DNA of 64,000 nt from Nemertoderma westbladi (GCA_032718475.1 JAUCBJ010003160.1:4880-68879), one strand, 5' to 3'. Positions 1 to 13,771 are shown, counted from the stretch's first letter. Made by a program: numbers and translations. The notes: a model not told the origin generated them from the letters alone.

Positions 1-3000
1 TGTGTGTAAGCCTGTAAGGGGGTCCATTAACAAGTTTCTGTGTGTAAGGGGGTCCGGTCCATTAACACGTTTCTGTGTGTAAGCTTGTAAGGGGGTCCAT
101 TAACACGTTTCTGTGTGTAAGGGGGTCCATTAACACGTTTCTGTGTGTAAGCCTGTAAGGGGGTCCATTAACACGTTTCTGTGTGTAAGGGGGTCCATTA
201 ACACGTTTCTGTGTGTGAGGGGGTCCATTAACACGTTTCTGTGTGTGAGGGGGTCCATTAACAAGTTTCTGTGTGTAAGCCTGTAAGGGGGTCCATTAAC
301 AAGTTTCTGTGTGTAAGCCTGTAAGGGGGTCCATTAACAAGTTTCTGTGTGTGAGGGGGTCCATTAACAAGTTTCTGTGTGTAAGGGGGTCCATTAACAA
401 GTTTCTGTGTGTAAGCCTGTAAGGGGGTCCATTAACAAGTTTCTGTGTGTAAGGGGGTCCATTAACAAGTTTCTGTGTGTAAGCCTGTAAGGGGGTCCAT
501 TAACAAGTTTCTGTGTGTGAGGGGGTACAGCACACAAGTTTCTGTGTGTGAGGGGGTCCATTAACAAGTTTCTGTGTGTAAGCCTGTAAGGGGGTCCATT
601 AACAAGTTTCTGTGTGTAAGGGGGTCCATTAACAAGTTTCTGTGTGTAAGCCTGTAAGGGGGTCCATTAACAAGTTTCTGTGTGTGAGGGGGTACAGCAC
701 ACAAGTTTCTGTGTGTAAGGGGGTCCATTAACACGTTTCTGTGTATGCGGGGGTCCATTAACAAGTTTCTGTGTGTAAGGGGGTCCATTAACAAGTTTCT
801 GTGTGTAAGCCTGTAAGGGGGTCCATTAACAAGTTTCTGTGTGTAAGGGGGTCCATTAACAAGTTTCTGTGTGTAAGCCTGTAAGGGGGTCCATTAACAA
901 GTTTCTGTGTGTGAGGGGGTACAGCACACAAGTTTCTGTGTGTGAGGGGGTCCAGCAACAAGTTTCTGTGTGTGAGGGGGTCCAGCACACAAGTTTCTGT
1001 GTGTGAGGGGGTCCAGCAACAAGTTTCTGTGTGCGAGGGGGACCAGCAACAAGTTTCTGTGTGTGAGGGGGTCCAGCAACAAGTTTCTGTGTGTGAGGGG
1101 GTCCAGCACACAAGTTTCTGTGTGTGAGGGGGTCCAGCAACAAGTTTCTGTGTGTGAGGGGGTCCAGCAACAAGTTTCTGTGTGTAAGGGGGTTCAGCAA
1201 CAAATTTCTGTGTGTAAGGGGGTTCAGCAACACATTTCTGTGCGTGAAGGGGTACAGCAACAAGTTTATGTGTGTGAGGGGGTCCAGCAACAAGTTTCTG
1301 TGCGTGAGGGGGTGCAGCAACAAGTTTCTGTGTGTGAGGGGGTTCAGCAACAAGTTTCTGTGTGTGAGGGGGTCCAGCAACAAGTTTCTGTGTGTGAGGG
1401 GGTCCACCAACAAGTTTCTGTGTGTGAGAGGCTCCGGCAACAAGTTTCTGTGTGCAAGGGGGTCCAGCAACAAGTTTATGTGTGTGAGGGAGTCCAGCAA
1501 CAAGTTTCTGTGTGCGAGGGAGTCCAGCAACAAGTTTCTGTGTGTGAGGGGGTCCAGCAACAAGTTTATGTGTGCGAGGGGGTCCAGCAACAAGTTTCTG
1601 TGTGCGAGGGAGTCCAGCAACAAGTTTCTGTGTGTGAGGGGGTCCAGCAACAAGTTTCTGTGTGTGAGGGGGTCCATTAACACGTTTCTGTGTGTAAGGG
1701 GGTCCATTAACAAGTTTCTGTGTGTAAGCCTGTAAGGGGGTCCATTAACAAGTTTCTGTGTGTAAGGGGGTCCATTAACAAGTTTCTGTGTGTAAGCCTG
1801 TAAGGGGGTCCAATAACAAGTTTCTGTGTGTGAGGGGGTACAGCACACAAGTTTCTGTGTGTGAGGGGGTCCAGCAACAAGTTTCTGTGTGTGAGGGGGT
1901 CCAGCACACAAGTTTCTGTGTGTGAGGGGGTCCAGCAACAAGTTTCTGTGTGCGAGGGGGTCCAGCAACAAGTTTCTGTGTGTGAGGGGGTCCAGCAACA
2001 AGTTTCTGTGTGTGAGGGGGTCCAGCACACAAGTTTCTGTGTGTGAGGGGGTCCAGCAACAAGTTTCTGTGTGTGAGGGGGTCCAGCAACAAGTTTCTGT
2101 GTGTAAGGGGGTTCAGCAACAAATTTCTGTGTGTAAGGGGGTTCAGCAACACATTTCTGTGCGTGAGGGGGTACAGCAACAAGTTTCTGTGTGTGAGGGG
2201 GTCCAGCAACAAGTTTCTGTGCGTGAGGGGGTGCAGCAACAAGTTTCTGTGTGTGAGGGGGTTCAGCAACAAGTTTCTGTGTGTGAGGGGGTCCAGCAAC
2301 AAGTTTCTGTGTGTGAGGGGGTCCACCAACAAGTTTCTGTGTGTGAGAGGCTCCGGCAACAAGTTTCTGTGTGTAAGGGGGTCCAGCAACAAGTTTATGT
2401 GTGTGAGGGAGTCCAGCAACAAGTTTCTGTGTGCGAGGGAGTCCAGCAACAAGTTTCTGTGTGTGAGGGGGTCCAGCAACAAGTTTATGTGTGCGAGGGG
2501 GTCCAGCAACAAGTTTCTGTGTGCGAGGGAGTCCAGCAACAAGTTTCTGTGTGTGAGGGGGTCCAGCAACAAGTTTCTGTGTGTGAGGGGGTCCAGCAAC
2601 AAGTTTATGTGTGCGAGGGGGTCCATGTGCGAGGGGTTTCAGCAACAAGTTTCAGTGTGTGAGGGGGTCCAGCAACAAGTTTCTGTGTGTGAGGGGGCCA
2701 GCAACAAGTTTCTGTGTGTGAGGGAGTCCAGCAACAAGTTTCTGTGTGTGAGGGGGTCCAGCAACAAGTTTCTGTGTGTGAGGGGGTCCAGCAACAAGTT
2801 TATGTGTGTAAGGGGGTCCAGCAACAAGTTTCTGTGTGTGAGGGGGCCAGCAACAAGTTTCTGTGTGTGAGGGGGTCCAGCAACAAGTTTCTGTGTGTGA
2901 GGGAGTCCAGCAACAAGTTTCTGTGTGCGAGGGGGTTCAGCAACAAGTTTCTGTGTGTGAGGGGGTCCAGCAACAAGTTTATGTGTGCGAGGGGGTCCAG

Positions 3001-5027
3001 CAACAAGTTTCTGTGTGCGAGGGGGGCTCAGCACACAAGTTTCTGTGTGTGAGGGGGTCCAGCAACAAGTTTATGTGTGCGAGGGGGTCCAGCAACAAGT
3101 TTATGTGTGCGAGGGGGTCCAGCAACAAGTTTCTGTGTGCGAGGTGGTCCAGCAACAAGTTTATGTGTGTGAGGGGGTCCAGCACACAAGTTTCTGTGTG
3201 TGAGGGGGTTCAGCAACAAGTTTCTGTGTGTGAGGGGGTCCAGCAACAAGTTTCTGTGTGTGAGGGGGTCCAGCAACAAGTTTCTGTGTGCGAGGGAGTC
3301 CAGCAACAAGTTTATGTGTGCGAGGGGGTCCAGCAACAAGTTTCTGTGTGTGAGGGGGCCAGCAACAAGTTTCTGTGTGTGAGGGGGTCCAGCAACAAGT
3401 TTCTGTGTGTGAGGGAGTCCAGCAACAAGTTTCTGTGTGCGAGGGGGTTCAGCAACAAGTTTCTGTGTGTGAGGGGGTCCAGCAACAAGTTTATGTGTGC
3501 GAGGGGGTCCAGCAACAAGTTTCTGTGTGCGAGGGGGCTCAGCACACAAGTTTCTGTGTGTGAGGGGGTCCAGCAACAAGTTTATGTGTGCGAGGGGGTC
3601 CAGCAACAAGTTTATGTGTGCGAGGGGGGTCCAGCAACAAGTTTCTGTGTGCGAGGTGGTCCAGCAACAAGTTTATGTGTGTGAGGGGGTCCAGCACACA
3701 AGTTTCTGTGTGTGAGGGGGTTCAGCAACAAGTTTCTGTGTGTGTGGGGGTCCAGCAACAAGTTTCTGTGTGTGAGGGGGTCCAGCAACAAGTTTCTGTG
3801 TGCGAGGGAGTCCAGCAACAAGTTTATGTGTGCGAGGGGGTCCAGCAACAAGTTTCTGTGTGTGAGGGGGTCCAGCAACAAGTTTATGTGTGCGAGGGGG
3901 TCCAGCAACAAGTTTCTGTGTGCGAGGGAGTCCAGCAACAAGTTTATGTGTGCGAGGGGGTCCAGCAACAAGTTTCTGTGTGTGAGGGGGTCCAGCAACA
4001 AGTTTCTGTGTGCGAGGGGGTCCAGCAACAAGTTTCTGTGTGTGAGGGGGTCCAGCACACAAGTTTCTGTGTGCGAGGGGGTCCAGCAACAAGTTTCTGT
4101 GTGTGAGTGGGTCCAGCAACAAGTTTCTGCGTGTGAGGGGGTCCAGCAACAAGTATCTGTGTGTAAGGGGGTCCAGCAACAAGTTTCTGTGTGCGAGGGG
4201 GTCCAGCAACAAGTTTATGTGTGCGAGGGGGTCCAGCAACAAGTTTATGTGTGCGAGGGGGTCCAGCAACAAGTTTATGTGTGCGAGGGGGTCCAGCAAC
4301 AAGTTTCTGTGTGCGAGGGGTTCCAGCAACAAGTTTATGTGTGCGAGGGGGTTCAGCAACAAGTTTATGTGTGCGAGGGGGTTCAGCACACAAGTTTCTG
4401 TGTGCGAGGGGGCTCCGCAACAAGTTTCTGTGTGTGAGGGGGTCCAGCAACAAGTTTCTGTGTGCGAGGGGATCCAGCAACAAGTTTCTGTGTGCGAGGG
4501 GGTCCAGCAACAAGTTTATGTGTGCGAGGGGGTCCAGCAACAAGTTTCTGTGTGCGAGGGGGTCCAGCAACAAGTTTCTGTGTGCGAGGGGGTCCAGCAA
4601 CAAGTTTATGTGTGCGAGGGTGTCCAGCAACAAGTTTCTGTGTGCGAGGGGGTCCAGCAACAAGTTTATGTGTGCGAGGGGGTCCAGCAACAAGTTTCTG
4701 TGTGCGAGGGGGTCCAGCAACAAGTTTCTGTGTGTGAGGGGGTCCAGCAACAAGTTTATGTGTGCGAGGGGGTCCAGCAACAAGTTTCTGTGTGCGAGGG
4801 GGTCCAGCAACAAGTTTCTGTGTGCGAGGGGGTCCAGCAACAAGTTTCTGTGTGTGAGGGGGTCCAGCAACAAGTTTCTGTATGTGAGGGGGTCTAGCAA
4901 CAAGTTTCTGTGTGCGAGGGGGTCCAGCACACAAGTTTCTGTGTGTGAGGGGGTCCCGCAACAAGTTTCTGTGTGTGAGGGGGTTCAGCAACAAGTTTCT
5001 GTGTGCGAGGGGGTCCAGCAACAAGTT
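1..5027. repeat. Tandem satellite, ~30-bp unit (CCAGCAACAAGTTTCTGTGTGTGAGGGGGT and variants)
   Basis: Directly visible tandem array running off the left edge. CCATTAAC variants with an AAGCCTGT-containing insert dominate the left part, CCAGCAAC variants the right. All ORFs here are repeat translations. Confidence 0.97.
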
Positions 5028-5067
5028 TCAAAAGGTTCTGAAACAAGTTGCTCCGTGTGAGGTGGGC

Positions 5068-5745
5068 CTTAACCCGTCGGTATTCTTAACCCGTGTGTAT
5101 TCTTAACCCGTCGGTATTCTCAACCCGTCGGTATTCTTAGCCCGTCGGTATTCTTAACCCGTCGGTATTCTTAACCCGTCGGTATTCTTAGACCGTGTGT
5201 ATTCTTAACCCGTCGGTATTATTAGCCCGTGTGTATTCTTAACCCGTCGGTATTCTTAGCCCGTGTGTATTCTTAACCCGTCGGTATTCTTAACCCGTGT
5301 GTATTCTTAACCTGTCGGTATTCTTAGCCCGCCGGTATTCTTAGCCAGTCGGTATTCTTAGCCCGTGTGTATTCTTAGCCGGTCGGTATCCTTAGCCCGT
5401 CGGTATTCTTAACCCATCGGAATTCTTAGCCCGTCGGTATTCTTAGCCCGTCGGTATTTTTAGCCCGTGTGTATCTTAACCCGTGTGTATTCTTAATCTT
5501 AACCCGTCGGTATTCTTAACCCATCGGTAATCTTAGCCCGTCTGTATTATTAGCCCGTGTGTATTCTTAACCCGTCGGTATTCTTAGCCCGTGTGTATTC
5601 TTAACCCGTCGGTATTCTTAGCCCGTCGGTATTCTTAACCCGTGTGTATTCTTAACCTGTCGGTATTCTTAGCCCGTCGGTATTCTTAGCCAGTCGGTAT
5701 TCTTAGCCAGTCGGTATTCTTAGCCCGTGTGTATTCTTAACCCGT
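5068..5745. repeat. Minisatellite, 17-bp unit (CCCGTCGGTATTCTTAR / CCCGTGTGTATTCTTAA)
   Basis: About 40 visible tandem copies. Confidence 0.95.
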
Positions 5746-6672
5746 GATGACTTAGTTATTTATTCAACCGAAAAACAACACATACAATATGCTTTACTTC
5801 TACTAGACGAATGGTGCCAACACAATAATATGGATTTAAACCTAAGTAAATCTAAAATTATAAAATTCCGACGAGGAGGGAGATTAGCCAATACAGATAT
5901 ATTCACCTACCGCAACGAAAATGTCGAAATCACCAACAAGTACAACTACCTGAGAATAACACTACAACCAACCCTCTGCTTCTCTCAACATATTGAAAAC
6001 AAGAAACAAAACGCCTACACAATAATTGGATGTCTACGGAATCTTAATTTGGTCTCTATTGAAACTGGTATTAAAATTTTCAACATTAAAATATATCCCG
6101 CCGTAACCTATGCCTTCTCTGAAATCGCTAGCCATCTTAAACCCTCAAACCTTATCGAATTGGACAAAATCAAATCGACCTTCCTTAAACGTTTACTTTC
6201 ACTGCCAACTAATTCATCGTCAACTCTCGCTCACAAATTAACCATCTGCAAAACATTTACAGAAGACATTGCCGAAAAACACCCAACCTACTTCAACCCA
6301 ACAGTCCTAGAACAATACCGTCAAATCCGAGCTGATAAAGAACTGAAATTTTACGAGCAATACTACAATCTAGGACCCGCATTCGCCTCTAACTACTGGA
6401 AAAGAGCCAATCAAACAAACCGAAACATCGCCACCAGACTAACGGCGCACGGATTTCATCACAAACTCTGCCAGACTCATACACCATTTCACCCACTGTC
6501 ACCCGATTGTGTCTGCATGTACTGTAAAGGTAGCTCAGAATACAGGTATCACATCTTGAACTGCCCAAATGCCCCACCATTAACTAGTATTTTATAAACT
6601 TTTAAAGATGTTTATTAATAAATTTGGATTGCCCCGACTGGGGGCGCACTTTTGAAAAAAAAAATAAAAAAA
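5746..6672 (+). mobile_element. 5'-truncated non-LTR retrotransposon (LINE) 3' end: RT tail plus C-terminal Cys/His motif
   Basis: Frame opens at DDLVIYS (5746, in frame with the 5830 ORF), then KSKIIKFRRGGRL, KYNYL and a terminal CxCxxC...HILNCP motif. A-rich tail at ~6655-6672. Confidence 0.85.
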
Positions 6673-6761
6673 ATATAGCATAGCATCTACGGCTACTAGC
6701 ATCACTCGGTCGGTGCTATATAGAAACTATGGTTGCTATATATATGTAGCATTCCTCGATG

Positions 6762-8707
6762 CTATAGCATCATAGCAGTCATAAATTGGCGAGTTTGATT
6801 GAACTGATCAGATAAATCTCCGTAAAGCAGATAATATATTCCGGGTTTAAGGAGTTCGGCCGAGGCTAACACGAGTTTAACGTCGGAATCGTTCGTGTAG
6901 TTGAGATCCTTCTGTAGTTGTAGGAGTTCGGAGGCACCGAGGTTTAGTTTACCGTGACGAGAGACAACATCCAGGTAGTTAATGAGGGTGAGAGCCCGGC
7001 GAATAATCAGCTGGTTGAACACTTCGATGTAATGAGATCGGAAGTTGATATCGAGAGTTGAAACCTCCGAAAGCAATCTAGGTGTGGGGGGGGGGGGGGG
7101 GGGGGGGGGGTAATCAGATTATTGTGGTGGATTCTTTTCTTATAATAACATATTACATACGGTACCTCTGGTGAAAAAAAAAGTATTATTGTTGCGGTAT
7201 TTATTTACGGTTTAAATTGAGACATTTCCTTATAGAGAGAATTAACCATGTGATATGCAATTTAATTGGCCAGGTTTAGAAGATTGTGTTCTACTCATAC
7301 CATTTTTTATAAAAAATTATCTATTCCATAAAAAGCTAATCAGAATAACTTGGAACTCCTTGCCAAACATTAAAAGTTTTACTATAGAACTAATAAGATT
7401 AGAGTTGTTGTCTCTTTTGTTTTTACACAACAAGATATTTAATTAAATAAAGTATTAGCTACTATATTTATGACATAATGTTTCATTGGCACTCCCTAAC
7501 ATAATACTGATTTCCCTGTCTCTACGCAGTCCGGATTCTTTCTAGTTTCTACTAACTTTAATATCAACGTGTCGCCGCCTTCAACCGGAAACAACTCATT
7601 ACTCTTATCTGGAGATCTGAAGGAACGTTCCAACCCAACCTCCATCCTCAACCAGAGGTCCTGTAGTCTGGAGTTCTGTTCCTTAACTCTCAGCTGTTTG
7701 TGTTGGTTGAGACTGGAGGTGGTCCCGATCTCCTTGGTCCGTAGATCGACCACTGTAGTCGGGTACGGGGCCAGAATCGTGTCACTCAGGTTGGGTTGGC
7801 TCAACACTAGAGTCGACCCATCGGGTTGGGTCTGTGGGTTATCTGGGTTCGATTTACCATCATCTGTAGGCTCACTGGATTGAACTCGCAACCCCTGTAG
7901 GATTAACCCCGGCTCATAAGACCCCGACTCATCCACGATCCCCCCGCCGTCACCCTGGCAACTCAGACACAAATTCCTACGTTTCCTTTCGATAAACAGG
8001 GCCAACGTGTTGATCATTTTATTTATCTCTCCGCTATCCGTTCCTATGACAACTGAGTAACCGCACGTCTGTAAGTGCGAACAAATTGCCTTAGAAAGGA
8101 AACCCAAATCGACTCCGTGTAAATTAGCTAATAAAGTCGAATCGATTTGAATGTCCTGTTTCAAACCGGCAACTTTCAATTGAAGCAACAAATGAGATAA
8201 ATGATGGATCTCTTTTTGTAAAGATTCCAAACCAAATTCTTTCATTTTACCGGTTTGAGTTATCCGGAGGACTTGTATGTACCAGGTAACGCGATCGACG
8301 ACAAAGTCATACAGAGGAAGAAAAACGTTGAATTCCGCTAAAGGAATGAGTAAAGAGAACGCCGAGAGAATGGAACATCGTTTCTTAACTACGCCGTAGA
8401 AAATAAAACTCAAAACAACCACGTTGTCTGTGTTGTTTATTTCTAATTTAGTTTGAATTTCTTTGAAGTCGCGGGATCTAGTGGTTGCCGAAAGTTCACT
8501 GTTGAGTATGTGTTTGGAAAGGGAGAGAATGACGTCATCCTTTACCGGTGCGTAATGTTTGTTGTACCAAACACGGCGCGCCACAGGTCCTAGTATATTA
8601 TCCCATTCGCTCAAGAGAAACACGGCACAATGACATCCATAAGTTTCAGCAAGATGGCGTTTCGATGTTTCCGGAATGTATTCCGGGGTGGCACTGACAA
8701 AGGCCAT
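6762..8707 (-). CDS. C9orf72: C9orf72 homologue (longin/DENN-family GTPase regulator), two coding exons 8707-7557 and 7077-6762, ~488 aa
   Basis: Motifs WDNILGP, HILNSEL, FLPLYDFVVDR, AICSHLQTCGYSVVIG, YEPGLILQGL, APYPTT, RRALTLINY and AELLKPG match C9orf72 in order. A GTTAGT donor (7556) and TAG acceptor (7078) join in frame to give DTLILKLLSEV. Confidence 0.93.
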
Positions 8708-11665
8708 GCTGGAATCTGATACAATAGACAGATATAGGCCTAGGCCTACTGTTGTACTGCTATAGCGAATAGTGCAATGCAATACCGGTATATAAAAGTG
8801 CGCATAAACAGTTCAGCAGTTTGGTAGATATTAATCAGACAATAATCTGATAATAATATACAGATATAGGCTTATAGATCTGTAGATGCGCCTACAACCA
8901 TGACAACCAGACAACAATCTGACAATACAAGATTATTTCTATGGTAGGTATCTCGGTTTAGATAATACCGGTATTTACTAAAAAACTAATTCTAAATCTA
9001 AGTCCAAGTACGTATAGTATAGTATAGCAATGCTGCAATGCCAGAGTCTGACACAGACAATACTTGTCTAGCAGTCTACAGCTTGGGCTTGCTGGCAGTC
9101 TGGCTTGTCTTGTCTACTATTCTGATATTATTTGTTAAATTAAAGCCAGTAAAGCCTTCCTGTCAGCCTGTACCTTACCGTATATCAATATACTGTAAGG
9201 CTCTACTGCTCTATCACTTTTGTGTACCGATGTATGTTAGTGTACCATCTGAATATACTGCCATATCAGCATATACCAGTACATGATTGCTACTGACATT
9301 ACCTGTAGCTTATAGTATAGGCTACTGTCATAGCGTACTCTCTGACTCTATTAATAGCGTACTCTATTTAATAGAGTACGCTATGGCTACTGTAATTATA
9401 AAATCGCAGACTGTGTGTGTGTGTACACTAACGTTCATGGGGCCTTCGCGCAGGACGAGGCCCAGTTATGAGATACAAATTAAAATTGAGCGACTGTATC
9501 ACAAAATCAGTATTTGAGAAATTTAACCATACCGACAATCAATCAAAGAAAGGGGGACAGTACGTGTTCAGCCCTTTTAATCTGCAGCCCCCCCCCCCCC
9601 CCCCCACCCCTTCCTACCAACCAATACATAACCGTGACATCTACCACCCAAGGGGCGGAAGGGTAGCACAAACTTGTTTCCAATCACATGCTCAATATGC
9701 AAAGCCATGTGGTTTATAGGAAATATCGAGAATTCGAGAAAATCGAGAATACGAGAAACTCCGATCGAAATACATGCTCATCCCAGTATCCGTCCGTAGT
9801 CACCGGACAGCGGCAGTTTATTCCCGTAGAACAGTAGAATTCCCGCAGCTTCCGACCCAATTCGACAACGAATTCGCAGAATTCGCATGGCAGAGAACGT
9901 ATTCCGGTACGATACACGTCTGCCCGATTTTCAACAATTTCCCCCGGCGATCCCAGGATCCAGCTGTCCGGGCCGCCGCTAAACCCAAATCGCAATCCTC
10001 GTCGATTCGTCCAGTCGTCGAAGTAAGTTGGACTCTTCCCACCGCACTCCAAGGTGGGTGGCCTGAGTGAGGCATGATGAAATTGGCAGTGGCCCGCATT
10101 ACGATCCGACCGACCGCCGTATTCCCAGTGTAGTAAATAGAATCTTACTAACAAGCAAGCAATTCCGTAGTATTTATTCCTCAGTTAATCGCATCTTGAT
10201 GCCACATCCACTCGGGTCCAGATACATCGGACTGTCTGAAGCTGTTTAGATGAAGAAGTTATTTAGATGGCCTTGCCAACGACCAACGACCTGAAGACGG
10301 TACCGGTAACTCTGTACCACTGTAACAGTTAACAGTACCGGTCCAGACTGGAATCCATACACTTTGCGTCGGATTAATCCAGCATGCTTTACAATAAAAG
10401 TGCGCCAATGTGGCGCTTGGCGCGCTCGAAAATCGTAAAGCGCTCCGGCTTTGGCACGTGGCGCTCCCAAAAATAAAAACCGGCGCCGATTTGTTGGTTT
10501 AACAATTATGGAAGCGCCTTAAAAATTGCATTACCGGTAGCTGTTTAAAAATTTTGGCTCGCTTTGCTCGCCTTTCTTTTCTCTGTTGTACAGTATGGCT
10601 ACTGGTACTGCTGATTAATTTATTATAACTGTAAGACAGTTACACAGATGCTGCCCTAAGACCCCACGCAAATTCAACTTGGAAAATTTCTAAACTTTTG
10701 CGAGACTACCACGTGTACCACTTGTACCAAGTTTGGATATATTTTATCGAGATTTGGCTGAGTTATTAACGTTTAAAATTTGACACAACAGATCAACAGA
10801 ACAACAGACACACCGATTGAGTTAGTGGTACCTGTATGCTAAGCTCGCTTACTTTCGTCACTCGCCCCACAGTATAGGTCAAGGACTACTCTACTACAGG
10901 ACTGGAAGAGCTAAAAGTAAACTGACACATAAGGAATCCGCATGCGGATGCATCATAGACCAATCAAAATTGTTAATCATCCCCTTCTATTTCCTTAGAA
11001 ATTGGAGCCCTCCTATTGGCTTGAGTATAAAATGTGTTTATGGAAGTTACAATTTGACAACTAACAGTATACTGTAGTTGACGTCACCGCGGGTCAAGCC
11101 AAGGTCGCCTTGGCCAAGCCTTTCCAGTAATCTAATGGATATAGCTGTCTTAATTCACCGAGACAAGATATTAATTTGCTGAGATGGAGATTGGATTTGC
11201 ATCAAGTTTCAACTCCTGTATTTTATATATTAGTTATTTGTTATGTGTTGTAGTCCGACACTAGATTCCTCCTCACATCGGTACACTCTGTACCCCTCTC
11301 CCGGTGTGTGGTATGTTTCGCCAGGTTGTGTTTCTCCGGGGCGACGGCAATCTCCCGGAGTACGACCCCACCGGCTCTCTCCCTCTAGTTCAACTATCGA
11401 CGGTTCACTGTCCGTCCTCTCTCGACGTCTCTTGTTGCCTGTAGCAACACTTCCTCGTCCCTCCTCACTTCTTCTAATTTCAGCGTAATGTCCTCCTTCA
11501 TGAGATCTTGTATTGACCTCCCGGATGAACTCTACTGTCCTTCTTCCGTCTTCCGAGTGGGCTCGACGTTTTCTCATTTGGCCGCTTACAGCACCAATGC
11601 CCCTCCCTCTGCCCGGTTGGACGGCCCCGCGGATATTCGCAGTCATCCCATTATCCTCTGTCATC

Positions 11666-12010
11666 GGGTGCCACGGTTCACTTAACTCACCGCGCACATT
11701 ATCTGCCAATGCTCGTGGGGCTTCTGCTGCCCCCCCCCCCTTTCCTACGTCGTTGGGTGCCACGGTTCACTTAACTCACCGCGCGCATTATCTGCCAACC
11801 CTCGTGGGGCTTCTGCTGCCCCCCCCTCTTTCCTACGTCGTTGGGTGCCACGGTTCACTTAACTCACCGTGCGCATTATCTGCCAATGCTCGTGGGGCTT
11901 CTGCTGCCCCCCCCCCCTTTCCTACGTCGTTGTGTGCTACGGTTCACTTAACTCACTGCGCGCATTATCTGCCGATGCTCGTGGGACGTATTCTGCCCCC
12001 CCCCCTCTCT
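11666..12010. repeat. Four tandem ~88-bp GC-rich units
   Basis: GGGTGCCACGGTTCACTTAACTCAC recurs at 11666, 11755, 11843 and 11932 (last copy diverged). Confidence 0.9.
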
Positions 12011-12215
12011 CGTCATTAATTGGTTGTGGTGGGGTACCCGTAGACCCCCCCCCCCCACGTCACCTCTCAGTTCGCCCCTATGTCCGTATTAACAAAGGTT
12101 TCCATCACCCCTGGTTCCTCATAAATACTTCCTGAACCAGCCTCGCTCTCTGATAAACCCATTTTTGCCAGTTCTAATCGGCGTTTCTGCTTCGCCTGAG
12201 ATTGCATTAACCCCC

Positions 12216-13303
12216 TCAACCGGGTATGCATATCATCCCGCATACGTTTACCCGCCTCTCTCTCTCTCTATCCTCTCTAATACTCTGATCAGCTAACTCT
12301 GCCTCCCTCGCAATCCTCTCAACTTTCCTCGCATCTCGCTCTTTGTGCTCGTTCACCTCTCTCTCAATCCTCTCAGCCTTCCTCGCATCCCGCTCTTTGT
12401 GCTTGTTCATTTCTCTCGCCTCCCGCTCTTTGTGCTCGTTTGTTTCTCTCACCTCCCGCTCTTCGCGCTCACTCATTTCTTTCTCAGCCCACAACCCCTC
12501 CCTTGCCTCCCGCTCCCTATAATCTCTCGCCACTTTCTCGGCCCTCTCCTTGCACTCTCTGGCTAGTTGTCTTTCCCTTTCTAGTAACGCAGTCCCCTCA
12601 TCCAGCTGTCTCTCTAGTTCCTTTTGATCCAGCGCGACAATGTCTAGCTGACACGCCAGATCTATCTCTAACACGCTTCTTGCTTTCGCGGAGGATGTAG
12701 CGGACTTTTTTGGTTGCGACGGACTCCCGCCGCCTGCTCATCCTACTAATTTTCCCATGCTTACTGGGGTTCCTACTAAACGACGACACCGAATCTTTGG
12801 GGTTAACCTCGGATTCGGTGTCATGCGGGTCAGCCCATCCCACTAACTTAATCCCCCTCGCATCTACTAGATAGGGCCCTACGTACACCACACTAGCCTC
12901 CACCACCTTGGATCGCCACAATTCGAACAGTTCTGTGGCGACCCTCCTCGCCCTCTCACTTGCTAGTTCCCCATGCCCAAATCGGACTAGGTAGCGAAAA
13001 TGTTTGTTGCACTCACCTAGCCTCCGGTACAACTTGGGCTGGTCTACCTTTCTTCCCTCTCTAGCGTCCTTCAACAACTTCCTGGTGGCGTTGTACCCTC
13101 GTCATAGGCGATCGCTCGTCCCGACGTCTTCCTCCTGGACTTGACCTTCCCTCCTCGTCCAGCGCCATACCATCGGCCCCACCGTTGCCGTTACGGTGGG
13201 CCGTCCGCCGCCCTCGGCCACTGGTCGGTCGGCAACTTCGGTACCTCGTTCGCCGCTCTGATCTCATCAGAATCAATAAGTGCAACAGTTGTATTATTAA
13301 CAC
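12216..13303 (-). pseudogene. Frameshifted charged/coiled-coil ORF, possibly a retroelement gag/ORF1 N-terminus
   Basis: Three overlapping minus-strand ORFs. The VNPKDSVSS-Ser-rich-E/R coiled-coil layout resembles LTR gag N-termini, but no catalytic motif was seen. Confidence 0.35.
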
Positions 13304-13636
13304 ATAGTAATCACCTCTACTCTACTGATTGGCCTGTCCAATAGATGCGCTCTAATCACTTCCAATGTGTTTCCCCCACCCATCATTGGCTTAACCTGAT
13401 TAATTGTCACCTCGCCACTCCCTGTTGCCACTGTCCCCACGCGCTAACCTCTGCTAGCCCCTTTGTCCCTCTGAGATGGTTTGACCTCTCAACTTTCTTT
13501 GTGGCTGGCGATGTGTATCGCCTGGGTTGGTTGTGAGGTGACAATATTATTGGTAATGTCACCTCCCCAACTATAATTGGTAAAATGCCACTAAGCCCAT
13601 TTTCAGTGGGTAGTGCAGGGAATTGAATCCGCTTAC

Positions 13637-13771
13637 AGGTGTAGGCGTAGGTGTAGGCATAGGTGAAGGTGTATGTGTGGGTGTAGGTGTAGGCGTAGGT
13701 GTAGGCATAGGTGTATGCGTAGGTGTAGGCGTCGGTGTAGGCGTAGGTGCGGGCGTAGGTGTAGGCATAGC
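13637..13771. repeat. Hexamer microsatellite (GTAGGY)n
   Basis: Visible GTAGGC/GTAGGT run. The PT/VG ORFs here are artefacts. Confidence 0.9.

Noticed and set aside
561-5106. Many long ORFs in the satellite
   Set aside because: Translations of a 30-bp repeat that is open in several frames on both strands.
7496-8782. 428-aa single-exon reading of C9orf72
   Set aside because: The C-terminus runs into the intron and the upstream start is a non-ATG extension; the spliced model restores homology.
9038-10470. Short ORFs upstream of C9orf72
   Set aside because: No recognisable motifs and conflicting overlapping frames.
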